From the NCBI RefSeq assembly GCF_001194135.2, contig NC_068987.1:49587477-49629108 (forward strand): a DNA stretch of 41,632 nt, given 5' to 3'. Within the stretch, counting starts at the first letter, position 1. Each line of letters opens with the position of its first letter. A program made the translations under genes and the position numbers. A model generated the notes under the pieces. It ran no database searches. It saw nothing but the letters and a program-made list of their open reading frames with translations, and was not told the origin of the DNA. Source of the stretch: Octopus bimaculoides. Its lineage: Eukaryota. This document shows positions 10,373-21,918 of the stretch, in pieces.

Positions 10373-11681
10373 CTTCATTTTTTTTTCAAAGACAACATGT
10401 GAGGAGATATCACAAGGACAAATTACGAAGGCAGTGGATGGTTATTCAGAACTTTTATGAGAATAAAAAAATAGCCCTGATAAACAAGTATACACAGAAG
10501 AGATGAAATGTCCCAGTGGGATCACACCTTTTTAGAGGTCAATAAAGGAACCTTATATATCCAGTAGCATGTATATGAACCTTATATATCTCGTAGCATG
10601 TATATGAACAACATAGACAAATACAAGTGTATCAAATACCATACAATGTTTGTTGGTTTATTTAATTGATCTTCACCTCTTGAGGATGTATCACAGTTAC
10701 CAAATGACAATTGACACAGCTGCATATGAGGAGAGATCATCAGAAGAATTAAGAATTCTCTAAAGTTGATGTGCCACGAAGGAAAAAGACTGGCCAATAT
10801 ACTGCATACATACATATACATATGCATGCACTTGTCCTTGCCTGTATGGGCACATTTAAGTGTATTTGCACACCTATAACTATGCACGCACATGCATAAT
10901 AATGATGGTGACGACAATGAAGAGATTGATAGCAATGATGTGGTCAATGATGATGATTATGATGAAAGATTTAAAGATCCTAAGTTGATTGACAACAAGA
11001 TAGCTAGGAGACAGTAGGAAGAGACAAAAAAAAATTCTTGTTTTCCTTTGAAACAAAGGGCACAGTATCTCCTGTCGAAAACTGTCGCCTGCAGGTGATG
11101 TTATTTATTTAAACAAGCAATATCAAATCAGCTGCTGTTTATTCACTATCGTGTCAAATCGGCTCTTGTCCCTCACCGTCAAATATCACAACAGCCACAC
11201 CACCACTGTGACCAATTTGGCTGAGATTTCTCTGTCAAGTGAAAAAACAAAAGAAAAGAAAAAGCTTTTGAAACTGGGTCATATTTTTGGCTTTTCTTTG
11301 ATCAGTTGTTGCTGTTGTTTTCTCCACTGACATTTCCTGTGATTGTTGGTCTTTGCATATATAATATTATACACTGGTGCCTTACAAAATATAAATGAAT
11401 ATGATTGAAGTATAAAGTTCCAAAATAGTAGTAGCTGTCTCAATATATATATATATATATATACGCACAAATATAATATATACATATACTTATATATATA
11501 TACCCTTATCACACACATATGTGCATACACAAACACACATACTCATATACATCATATATTATTCTGAAGGATAAATGAAAAAATAACCAAGGTCAAACTT
11601 AATTGAACATAATTAATTAGACAAATATAAACTGTAAAATTTAATTCAATTTAATTTTTTGAAAAAGGATATCAAAAACAA

Positions 11682-11787
11682 ATGGAGTTCATTACTTCTG
11701 GGAAATTGGTAACTGTATGTATGCATCTAGCTTTGTTAATGATTCTAATGAAGACGCAGCATGTTGAAACTAGCTCTACAAAACAAG
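11682..11787 (+). CDS. Candidate first coding exon of a host secreted or membrane protein (signal peptide), phase-1 donor
   Basis: aaaacaaATGG Kozak context. MEFITSGKLVTVCMHLALLMILMKTQHVETSSTKQ has n/h/c signal-peptide structure and is followed by the strong donor CAAG|GTAAGG. It lies in non-repeat-looking sequence. No homology was recognised. Confidence 0.45.
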
Positions 11788-12669
11788 GTAAGGTTTTTTT
11801 CTTTACTCTCTGTCCTTTTGAGTATACTTCAATACATGTATCTCTGTGTGTTTATCTGTTTCCATATGTTGGTGTATATTCAAATCATAACTGTAAACAT
11901 GGTCAGTTCAGGTGTGGCCTGGCCTAACTAACCCTGAAAAGGCATCGCAACTGTACATTAGATATTAGTTAACAGTATAATAAATCATAATGGCTATATA
12001 AATATATGCCCCTTCCGTTTTACTCACACCTCTGAAATTAATAAATTAATCAATCTTCACTAGAACTAGATAAGTTTCAGCCCAAAGAGCTCTATCCAGT
12101 TTAATAGCAATTAGCACAAAACTTAAGGTTTGTAAAAATAATTCTGTGTCACATCTGTTATTTCAAGAAAAAGATTTCAAAATTTCATTTTCATTTGTAT
12201 GTATATGCTATATATTTTTGTGCGAATGTGTGTGTGTGTGTGCGTATGTGTGTGTTTTGTATAAAAGAGTTTATATACAAGAGAGTCCAAAAATGGTGAC
12301 TATACATATGTGCGTGCATATATATGTCTATGTGTATGTAGATACGTATGGTGTGTGTGTATGCATATGTATGTATGTATGTATGTGTTTCTACATTTAA
12401 AAAAAAAATATAGATGGTTTCTTTCATTTGCAGAATTGAAGACAGTCACTGACAAAGTGCCAGGGTCTGTTTAAGTTTTAGGGTCTATGGATATCTCATT
12501 TGGCTGATGTATGCTAAACTTGCATTTCATTTTAGTATACAAGTGTGTAAAATTTATTGCTTTGTGTGTGTATGTTCCATATGTACATGTGATTGTGTAT
12601 CTGTGTTTAGTCCACGACTCTCAAATGGAGAATCCTTGGAAGGATGTTTTACAAACTTTTTAAGGCGTA

Positions 12670-13173
12670 GGAGTGACTGTGTGGTAAGTAGTTTGCTTAC
12701 AAACCACATGGTTTCGGGTTCAGTCCCACTGCATGGCACCTTGGGCAAGTGTCTTCTACTATAGCCTCGGGCTGACCAAAGCCTTGTGAGTGGATTTGAT
12801 AGACAGAAACTGAAAGAAGCCTGTCATATATATGTGTGTGTACATATATATATATATATATANNNNNNNNNNNNNNNNNNNNNNNNNNNNNNNNNNNNNN
12901 NNNNNNNNNNNNNNNNNNNNNNNNNNNNNNNNNNNNNNNNNNNNGTGTGTGTGTGTATATGTTTGTGTGTCTGTGTTTGTCCCCCCCAACATCGCTTGAC
13001 AACTGATGGTGGTGTGTTTATGTTCCCATAATCTAGCGGTTCGGCAAAAGAGACCGATAGAATAAGTACTTGGATTACAAAGAATAAGTCCTGGGGGTCG
13101 ATTAGCTCGACTAAAGGCGGTGCTCCAGCATGGCCACAGTCAAATGACTGAAACAAGTAAAAGAGTAAAAGAG
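12670..13173 (+). mobile_element. tRNA-derived CORE-type SINE, family 2, with internal (TA)n/(TG)n and N-gap
   Basis: Head ggagtgactgtgtggtaag..ggttcagtccc, CORE-like ccttgggcaagtgtctt, tail cagtcaaatgactgaaacaagtaaaagag. Multiple copies occur in the window. Confidence 0.9.
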
Positions 13174-13199
13174 AATGTATGCATGAATGTGTGTGTGTG

Positions 13200-13968
13200 T
13201 TTCTTTGAGTTTAATTTAAGCTCTTCTTGAGAGGGTTCAAGCCCTTCGCTAACAAAGCAACAAGACTTTTTCAGTTAAGAGAGATTCCTGTGTTTGTAGA
13301 TATGTGGTTGAGTTGGTGTGTTGGTTGATCTGCTGATGAATTCACTCAAGTGTGAGCATTTATTCACATAATAATCTCATATGGAAAATTTCTGGAATGT
13401 CTTACAAATCTATACTGTGCCCACTAATAGATTGAATGTTGAGAATCGGTGTCAGTTTTTTTTATTCTTTTTCTGTGAAACCAAGTATTTCTAGGTTTTT
13501 GTGCAAATTTATTGGTACATAACCTAATGCACCTATGACGATAGGTACAAATGAGAATTCATAATCGGGATACAACAGCTGTAAGCTGTGCATTAATTCA
13601 CCGCAAATGTTCTCTTACCCCTGCACTTTTCATTGTACATTCACATCTTCTGGGTAGCTGACTTCTATAGCAGTGCATGACATTTGTTCCTCGTCCCATG
13701 ACTTTTGTTCCTAGGTCTGCTATGTTTGCACTGAATTGATGTTTTTTATTGGGGTGTTCCACTAGTATTCCTTGTTTTTAAAGATGTGAATATCTACTGA
13801 TTCTGAAATGCCTTTCACATATATGTTAGGACAGTCCTTCCTACAGATAACATTGTAAATAGTTTTTGCTCCTACATCATGCTTCAGGGGCAGGTAGTAT
13901 CTCAAACATTTTGGGACAGCTGCTGATGATGTGGGAGATAACTTCCCACATTGATATAGCAGAGCCGA
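13200..13968 (-). mobile_element. REL-type LINE 3' end, family E, degenerate
   Basis: Minus-strand frames give EVISHIISSCPKM / RYYLPLKHDV.AKTIYN / EY*WNTPIK / CTAIEVSYPEDVNV / QLLYPDYEFSFVPIVIGALGYVP / GTV*ICKTFQKF. Confidence 0.75.
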
Positions 13969-14020
13969 TGTATGTATGTATGTATGTATGTATGTATGTA
14001 TGTATGTATGTATGTATGTA

Positions 14021-14271
14021 TGTGGTGTGTGCCAGAGGGTTTGCAAATCCAATGGGGGTCTTAAAAGACATGTTAGGATCCACAATGAGCAGAACTTACT
14101 TGCAGGTATTGGTAGTGCAAATCAGAGGTGCAATCTGTGTGGGTGTTTTTTCAAAACACTGTCTGGTTTAAAAAGCCACATCAGACGCCATGAAAGGGCT
14201 AAGGTGTAGGTGCAGGAGGTGGTCAAACTCTGTTTAAGGAGTAGACAACCACCATGTATGTATGTATGTAT
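14021..14271 (+). mobile_element. RTE-like LINE 3' end with two C2H2-like fingers and (ATGT)n tail
   Basis: CGVCQRVCKSNGGLKRHVRIH..CNLCGCFFKTLSGLKSHIRRH..KV*, a short UTR ending gacaaccacc, then (atgt)n. Confidence 0.7.
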
Positions 14272-14645
14272 GAAGAACTTAAGCGAGCTGTGCGTAAGCG
14301 CACGGCTCATATAGTGAATGGGGAAAGCTTAATCTGCAATGTTTGCAGTCGTGTATTCTTGTCAAGAGCAGGGCTCATTAGCCACAAACGGAGCCGCAAA
14401 TGCAANNNNNNNNNNGAGCAGGGCTCATTAGCCACAAACGGAGCCGCAAATGCAAAATATAAGTTAGTCCTAGAGCGCACAATGTTCCTGAAGGTCGGCA
14501 ATTGTCTTCCTCGGTCACGAGTGGACAACCATCATCATGTATGTATGTATGCATGTATGCATGTATGCATGTATGTATGCATGCATGTATGTATGTATGC
14601 ATACATGCATACATGTATGTATGTATATATGTATGTATGTATGTA
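14272..14645 (+). mobile_element. Second RTE-like LINE 3' end (single terminal C2H2-like finger) with (ATGT)n tail
   Basis: EELKRAVRKR..ICNVCSRVFLSRAGLISHKRSRKCKI* is a typical RTE C-terminus. The UTR ends gacaaccatcatc(atgt)n. Confidence 0.75.
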
Positions 14646-14834
14646 GGTACATAGATATGTATGTTGTTTTTCTGTTTTTAATTTAGAGTTAATTTTGACC
14701 AGCTACCTCTTTAGTAGATTGTGAAGGAAAGCATCTTGATTGATTCATCATCTTCTAAATCATAAGGTCTCACAATTTTTTATTGTTCCACAAATTGTGA
14801 TCATTTGTAGCATATGAATTAATGAGTTGCTTCA

Positions 14835-15195
14835 CAACCACATGGTGCCAAGTTCAGTCCCACTGCACAGTACCTTGGGCAAGTGTCTTCTCCTATAGCC
14901 TCAGGCTGACCAAAACCTTGTGAGTGGATTTGGTAGACAGAAACCAAAAGAAGCCTATCGTATATGTATGTATGTGATCATGTGTGTCTTTGTGCTTGAA
15001 TCTGTTCCCCCACCACTGCTTGACTGGTATTGGTGTGTTTATGTCACTGTAACTTAGCAGTTTGGCAAAAGAGATGAATAGAATAAGTACCAGGCTTAAC
15101 TAAATTAAGTACTAGGGTCAATTCATTGAAGTAAAAATTCTTCAAGGCAGTGCTCCAGCATGGCCGCAGTCTAATGACTGAAAAAAATAAAAGAT
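14835..15195 (+). mobile_element. CORE-type SINE, family 2
   Basis: Aligns with 12670-13173. Confidence 0.85.
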
Positions 15196-15899
15196 AAGCT
15201 ATAAACGATATGTGTGTATATATGTATAATGGTAAAGCTATTTATAGGTACCCAGGACGTATACACCTTCAAATTTATTGGTAGATCCTTTACACTACTT
15301 AATCATTGAACCAAAGGTGTCACCAGTGAAACCTTTTATCTTTGTATGGCATCTCATCTTTACATGGGAACTGAGGATAAGTTTCATTACACTTTAAAAA
15401 ATGAAAAGAGACCAGAAAAAAAAAAAAGAGACTTGGTTGTGGTTTACATCAGAGAAGAGGAATTCAAAGTCACAAACTCTATTACACCAGAATATAAGCT
15501 GTCATTTAGATATAAGGTGACATTTACAAGAGACACTGCGCAATTTACATTGAGAAGCAAGCCTAACACCACTACCTAGTCATTGCAGAATTCACTTTAT
15601 TGTAGGTATTCATTCATGCCAGACCCTCCAATCAAATATTTTCACTTCATACAAATGTTTAGATTGTACCTAATACAAATGTTTAGGCTGCACCAACTCC
15701 ACCAGACGAGGAAGGCCCATAAAGAACATAAGCCATGTCTCTCCTCCTCCTTTGATTAATGCAGAATACATTCATTCAGTGTTCTCTTCTCATTGCTTCC
15801 ATCTCCAATTCAGAAACCATAGAATAGTGTGTTGCCTTTCATTCCCCACTCAAGTGTCTTCTACTATAGCCTTGGGTTGACCAAGGCATTGTGAGTAGA

Positions 15900-16305
15900 T
15901 CATCATCATCATCGTAATCATCACCACCACCACCACCACCACCACCATCACCATCATCATCTTCATTTAATGTCTGTTGTCCATGCTGATATGGGCTGGA
16001 TGGTTTGACAAGAGCTGGCAAACCAGAGGACTGCACCAAACTCTATTGTCTGCTATGGCATAATTTCTATGACTGGATGCCCTTCCTAACACCAATTATT
16101 TTACAGAGTGTACTGGGTGATTTTTTTGCATAGCACCAGCACCAGCAGGGTCGCCAAATAACTTGCAAGACAAAAACCCCTTAACTGGTAGGGGGAGTAG
16201 CAATGAGGGAGGTGGCTTTGTACTAGTTGACAAAAGGTTAAAAGTATAATAGAGGGATAGAGATCGGAGTCTTGCTGTAGAAGAGAAACAAGGATACCTT
16301 TCTTG
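15900..16305 (-). mobile_element. RTE-like 3' region with (GAT/GGT)n tail, preceded by a small SINE family 2 fragment
   Basis: Homologous to 5768-6430 (ctggatgcccttcctaacacc..acttgcaagacaaaaa). Confidence 0.6.
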
Positions 16306-16329
16306 GAGGCCTTCTGACAAATTCTCACT

Positions 16330-16953
16330 TGTTAGTAAGTGAAATGACCAACATTACACAATGAAAACAGTGAAGTTTGAGGGTAAGAGTCTGATGTTTG
16401 GGAATACATAAAAAGTGATGGTTCAAAAAAGTTTGTTAAGATTCACAGTAACTTGAATAGTGTCAAATACATCCAGTTGCTGAAGAACAATTTGATACTG
16501 GACTTGAATGAAGGTGAGATTTTTCAGCATGACAGAGCTCCATGCAAAAGATTGCATGCAACACAACAGAGTCTGGTTGATGAAGGTGTTACCATATTTA
16601 AAGATTGCCTAGCTCAGAGTCCTGACTTAAATATCATTGAGCAAATATGGACACAACTAAAGAGAAGAGTTTGTCAGAAGAATCCATGCAATCTCGAAGA
16701 GTTGTGGGAGCTCAGCCACAGAGAATGGCATCTCATATTTGTGAAGATGGTGAAGGATTTGTACACATTTCTTCCCAGGTGCATTGAAGCAATTATTCAA
16801 GCTAAGGGAAGTAACACGAAATATTAACAATGTCCAGTGACTTCTTGAAATGAACATTATGCAATACATTTTCATTAAAGACATTTTTCTATTTTAAAAC
16901 AATGTATCTTGGATTGGTTTATGTAAAGTGGCTGAAAACTTTTGCATGACCAT
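16330..16953 (+). pseudogene. Tc1-like (DD34E) transposase C-terminal remnant with 3' TIR remnant
   Basis: LNSVKYIQLL..IFQHDRAPC..AQSPDLNIIEQIWTQLKRRV..LPRCIEAIIQAKGSNTKY*, followed by gtggctgaaaacttttgcatgac. A similar terminus recurs at about 17122-17150. Confidence 0.85.
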
Positions 16954-17211
16954 TTTTAGTGGTTGTCTCGCATCTTCTCCTCTCATTCAAAGCCCCTACT
17001 ACAAAATATAATGATTAGGTATGGAAATGACTCCAACAGGGCCAATGTTTCATCTGTAAAAAACACAATGCAAAACATCCACTTATAAGTTGGCAATTGT
17101 TAGAAATTTACAATAGTTTAAAGTGGCCAAAGACTTTTGCATGGTACTCTATATATACATTTATGAATTTGTGCTACAAGATTCCTGATGTGAAGCCGTG
17201 TGTTGAAACAG

Positions 17212-17505
17212 ATATTGTTGTATTTTGGGATGGTCATTTTTTTATTTTTTATATATATTCATTCTTCACTCATTTATTATTGTTCTTATTCTAACTCATA
17301 ACCAATGGACTAAGCAGAGCAGGAGCACACACGAGGATGGAAAGTGTTGCTGAAGAGGTCACAGATGTGTGACGAAAGATTTCTGGACAATGGACATGAG
17401 TTAGAATAAGAACAGTAATAAACAAGTGAAGAACAAATATATAGTGCATGTGTTTATTTGGCGAGAAAAAAAAAGGAAAATGACCATGCCAAAATACAAC
17501 AATAT
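17212..17505. repeat. Inverted repeat (17212-17299 vs 17396-17505) enclosing an HHR-like motif
   Basis: atattgttgtattttgggatggtcatttt..tcttcact..ttattattgttcttattctaactcat is the reverse complement of atgagttagaataagaacagtaataa..gtgaaga..aaaatgaccatgccaaaatacaacaatat, with a gap. Confidence 0.85.
17344..17390 (+). ncRNA. Minimal type I hammerhead ribozyme-like motif with intact catalytic core
   Basis: CTGAAGA(17350-17356)-G-GTCACA/gatg/TGTGAC (perfect 6-bp stem II)-GAAA-GAT-TTC. Stem I pairing (GUGUUG vs UGGACA) is imperfect. Confidence 0.6.
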
Positions 17506-17789
17506 ACATATATATATATTGCAATATATTTATAATTGATGAGGGAAACCATAAACGGATTTGTTACAAATCTTTATTCAACGTGACAATCTTGGTTGTT
17601 TATGACCACATTAAATGACTTCTTATTGATGGCATGAGCAAGTGTGTATGTGAGTGTGTGTATATCTATATGTGTTCATGTCAACAGATATTTACACATC
17701 CTTCTTCATTTTAACTTTCAAGTCTTACCATTTGACAGGTTTTATTTTCCATCCTTTATGATTTTAATAAATTTGTGTTATACATAGCC

Positions 17790-18002
17790 CAACCCATCTG
17801 CAGGTTATAACCCCAGAATTATTCTACTCTCAGTCAGTGTACTGGCATACAACAAGAGAGTACAACATGCTTGGAGAAACTCAGTATAAGTAGTAGGATA
17901 TCTTTTATACCAACACTTGCGGAGATGCAGACTACACTGATTGATACAACACTGCTAGATGCATAATATCCTACCTCTAAGGGACAGCTGCAGGATGGGT
18001 TG
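17790..18002. mobile_element. Possible MITE (about 15-bp terminal inverted repeats)
   Basis: caacccatc-tgcag ... ctgcaggatgggttg. Confidence 0.4.
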
Positions 18003-18065
18003 AAACGATCATCATGTTGAATAAAGATTCATACCAAATCTATTCTCCATTTTCCTTATCAATTA

Positions 18066-20427
18066 CACTGGTCAATAAGATTCAAACTTTTTGCTGTCCC
18101 ATGAACTAAATAAAGTGAACTTTATAGTACTTTTAACGCAGGTTTCGAATCTATTTTTAGAATTTTCTATCAGGTATGGTTTTTATGTGACAGAGTAATT
18201 AAATTATACAATAAATGTACTATATTAATGTAGAAATAAGGCTGGCAATTATAATTGGTCAACAGAATTAATGAAAAATTCTGTTTCACAAGCGAAAGTA
18301 GGTGAACTTAATAGCATTTTATCTGCAGAATTCAAGGGTACTTTCAGATTGTTTCTATAAGTCATAGTTTTTCTGTGATAGCATATGTAAATTGTTAAAC
18401 AATTGCGTTTCATGACTTTAAAAATCGGGCTGATATTACAAGGAAACTTACCTTTAAAATGTAGAAGTGTACGATTTTCGACTGTATTTAGCTTCTGGAA
18501 TGTCCTTTTTTAGTAACCAACAATAATCAGCCAACAAAGAAGAACTCCACTTTCCTTGGACCAGGTTTCCATGTTCAGAATGTCTTGGTGAAATCTCTCA
18601 CTGTGCTCATCCCTGACAGCCCCAAGATTTGCAGGAAAACAGTCCAAGTGAGAGTTCAAGAAGTGGATTTTTAGGCTCATAGTGCATCCCAAGGCCTTGT
18701 CTGATGTCAGTAGCTCTTTCACAATATCAGAATAGTTCTCTACTCTGTGATTCCCCCAAAACTCTCTGCAAACTTTCTTAAATGACAGCCAAGCAGCTTT
18801 TTCAACATCATTGAGCTCTTCATCAAACATTTGGTTTTTCATCAGCTCTCTAATCTGTGGCTCAACAAAAATACCTTCCTTGATTTTTGTGTCACTTACT
18901 CTCGGAAATTTAGTTTACGATTACGTGAATCCCTTGCCAGTTCTATCCATACCTTTGATGAAATTCTTCATCAACCCTAGCTTAATGTGCAAAGAAGGCA
19001 GATAAATTTTCTCAGAATCAACAAGGGGCAAATTGATAACATTCTTCTGTCCAGGAGTCAGAGATCGTTTCAGCTTCACATTCTTTTCATAATGATTTTT
19101 CTTATCCTGACTGTCCCACTCACAAAGAAAGCAACAAAATTTGGTGTAACCCAGCTGCATTCCAACCAAAAGTGCCACGACCTTTAGGTCACCATGAATA
19201 TTCCATTTATGTCCCTCGTACTTAATTATGTCCCTCATACAGAAGCTTCATAATCTTATGTTTCCTTCATGTTAGCTGTATGAGCCAGAGGAACAGAAGG
19301 AAACTTATTTCCATTGTGGAGTAAAACTGCTTTCAAGCTTACTTTTGAGGACTCAATAAACAAATGCCTCTCATTCATGCTATATTTGTAGTTAAGTTCC
19401 CCCATAACAGAATAGACATCATTACAAAACACCACACCATCCTGAAGTGAGAAAAAATTCGCAAAATCACAATGTGAAGCACAATAAAAACTAACTTTGG
19501 TCTCTTTCTAGAGAAGATTCCAGCCCTTTAACCTGGAACCAAGAAGTTCAGCTTGCTTTTTCGGCAAGTTTAAATCCCGCACAAGATCATTCAGATCTCC
19601 TGACTCAACAAATGTGGTTCATTTGAAGAACAATTAAGCTTAAAGTTCATGTCTTCTGATTCTTTCTCCACATCTTCATCACTCGACTTGTCACTGTCAT
19701 TTGTTTTGGAGGGTCAGGTACAGATAAGTGTTGACTGTAAGTACAGGTCTCAGAGCGTATTGTAAATTAGGATATTTTACAGTATGCTCGGCTTTTGATG
19801 TTATATCTTGTATATCCATCATGCAGAAGTAGCAATCTGAAGTGTGATCTTTGGGCTGTCTCCAAATCATAGGATGGCAAAAGGTGTATGGCATGAACCT
19901 TTGGCCCATGCAGTGAGAAACCTGATACAGGTTACACAACACTCATGAGGGCCCAGCTTTTATCCTGGTCATCCTCTTTGTAGTCAAAATAATACTCATA
20001 GCACCTTTTTATCAATGTTGGGAAATGCCATCTTTATGACTTGAATGTTAAGTCACTGCAAATATAGCAAAAGTTGTTTGCGTTGTTTATAGTTTCTTGG
20101 CATTATGAAGGTGAATGGAAAATGTGAACTTAGACACAACTGCACACTTACACTTCAAGCACAGTACTGACAAAGCATTGATGACTCATTGACTCAGTGT
20201 TGCCAAGCTTCGGTGCCTCATTAACTCAAATAGCTAGATTTATGATTTCATTGGGTTAATTCTATTTATAAACTTTAAACTAGGGGTATTTCTTAAACTG
20301 CTAGCTTCACATTTCAACAACTTAACAGAAATTTTGCCCACATAACAAGAACTGAAAGGGATCTCGTAGAACAGAGAAACTATGGGTGATACAGATAATT
20401 TGACATTATTTTTGAATTCTGCATTTA
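18066..20427 (-). mobile_element. Chapaev-like (CMC superfamily) DNA transposon, degenerate; one end lost in microsatellite/gap
   Basis: Starts CACTG at 18066. Sub-terminal repeat gcagaattcaa..catagttt occurs at about 18325 and inverted at about 20375-20422. The transposase remnant lies inside. Confidence 0.7.
18454..20103 (-). pseudogene. Chapaev-like transposase pseudogene (about 550 codons, many stops and frameshifts)
   Basis: MPRN..NNFCYIC..DQDKSWA.HECCVTC; PMIWRQPKDHTSDCYFC; GDLKVVALLVGMQLGYTKFCCFLCEWDS; LPSLHIKLGLMKNF; SLKIHFLNSHLDCFPANLGAVRDEHSERFHQDI. The family name comes from motif recollection. Confidence 0.85.
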
Positions 20428-20491
20428 TATATGTATGTATACTTATATAAATGTGTGTATGTATATATATTCGTATATATATATACATACA

Positions 20492-20522
<31 letters not shown>

Positions 20523-20560
20523 GTGTATATATATATATTCATGTATGTATGTGTGTATAT

Positions 20561-21272
20561 NNNNNNNNNNNNNNNNNNNNNNNNNNNNNNNNNNNNNNNN
20601 NNNNNNNNNNNNNNNNNNNNNNNNNNNNNNNNNNNNNNNNNNNNNNNNNNNNNNNNNNNNNNNNNNNNNNNNNNNNNNNNNNNNNNNNNNNNNNNNNNNN
20701 NNNNNNNNNNNNNNNNNNNNNNNNNNNNNNNNNNNNNNNNNNNNNNNNNNNNNNNNNNNNNNNNNNNNNNNNNNNNNNNNNNNNNNNNNNNNNNNNNNNN
20801 NNNNNNNNNNNNNNNNNNNNNNNNNNNNNNNNNNNNNNNNNNNNNNNNNNNNNNNNNNNNNNNNNNNNNNNNNNNNNNNNNNNNNNNNNNNNNNNNNNNN
20901 NNNNNNNNNNNNNNNNNNNNNNNNNNNNNNNNNNNNNNNNNNNNNNNNNNNNNNNNNNNNNNNNNNNNNNNNNNNNNNNNNNNNNNNNNNNNNNNNNNNN
21001 NNNNNNNNNNNNNNNNNNNNNNNNNNNNNNNNNNNNNNNNNNNNNNNNNNNNNNNNNNNNNNNNNNNNNNNNNNNNNNNNNNNNNNNNNNNNNNNNNNNN
21101 NNNNNNNNNNNNNNNNNNNNNNNNNNNNNNNNNNNNNNNNNNNNNNNNNNNNNNNNNNNNNNNNNNNNNNNNNNNNNNNNNNNNNNNNNNNNNNNNNNNN
21201 NNNNNNNNNNNNNNNNNNNNNNNNNNNNNNNNNNNNNNNNNNNNNNNNNNNNNNNNNNNNNNNNNNNNNNNN
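20561..21272. other. Assembly gap (N-run); others at 6936-6945, 12863-12944, 14406-14415, 26278-27157, 28496-28651, 34457-34634
   Basis: Direct reading. Most gaps are flanked by microsatellites. Confidence 0.99.
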
Positions 21273-21639
21273 CCATTCCTTTAAAAGGCTAAAAATAAAC
21301 TTATCATTGAAAAGAACTAACCAGCTGTGAACCCAATCTTCTTCTTTTCTCTTTCCCATCGACACACACACGCACACACACAGACACACACACCAACACA
21401 AAAAACACACACTCACACACACACACACACACACACACACAGGCAGTACTGGCAACGTCCTCGCTCGAATGTTGTTTTCCACGTACCACCGGCACAAGTG
21501 CCAGTAAGGCGACCATATTTTAAAGACAAGGGTAAAAAATAATATACTGACATGCTGGTCAGATCTGATCAAGCATATCACTGATCAAGATATTCAGCTA
21601 TACTCATCCTGTCTTTATTCAGGCATTAAAATCCAGTTG

Positions 21640-21900
21640 TATTCATCTGAGAATGAGTATGGCTTGGTGACATGTACCATCACTTTCATTAATTGTTTTA
21701 GATGCTAACATAGTCACATGCAGACCTTTCGACCCAACAATACAGAGCTGTGCCAGTCCTCAAGTTGATACTCATTTTCAGCAGATTTGACGAGGGCAAC
21801 ATAAAGTGAAGAGCTTTGCTCGAGAATACAAGCTGCCTCATCCAAGAATTGAACCCACGACAGCATGAGCATGAGCCAAACACTCCTAACCATTAGGCTA
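21640..21900 (-). mobile_element. tRNA-derived SINE, family 3, degenerate
   Basis: Minus strand reads tagcctaatggttag (A box)..gggttcaattc (B box)..cttcactttatgttgccctcgtc..aaaatgagta. A similar copy is at 35365-35645. Confidence 0.6.
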
Positions 21901-21918
21901 TACACATTCACTATTCAA

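Noticed and set aside
10549-10610. 29-bp tandem duplication (gaaccttatatatc..gtagcatgtatat x2)
   Set aside because: Ordinary slippage-type duplication with no further structure.
13976-14209. Host C2H2 zinc-finger gene (a family expanded in octopus)
   Set aside because: No TGEKP linkers or splice acceptor. It starts in a microsatellite and ends with a retroelement-type UTR and (ATGT)n tail, so it is better explained as an RTE C-terminus.
14366-14455. Exact 40-bp direct repeat
   Set aside because: It flanks a 10-N placeholder gap, the typical signature of an unmerged contig overlap.
17185-17212. CTGATG..GAAAC motifs here and at about 23366
   Set aside because: The core spacing is wrong (CTGATGTGA) and no stem II or stem I can be formed.
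20406-21581. Long ORFs of 245-422 aa here and at 26133-27401, 28388-28815 and 34342-34705
   Set aside because: They consist of N-runs and dinucleotide/tetranucleotide repeats that lack stop codons. They are not genes.
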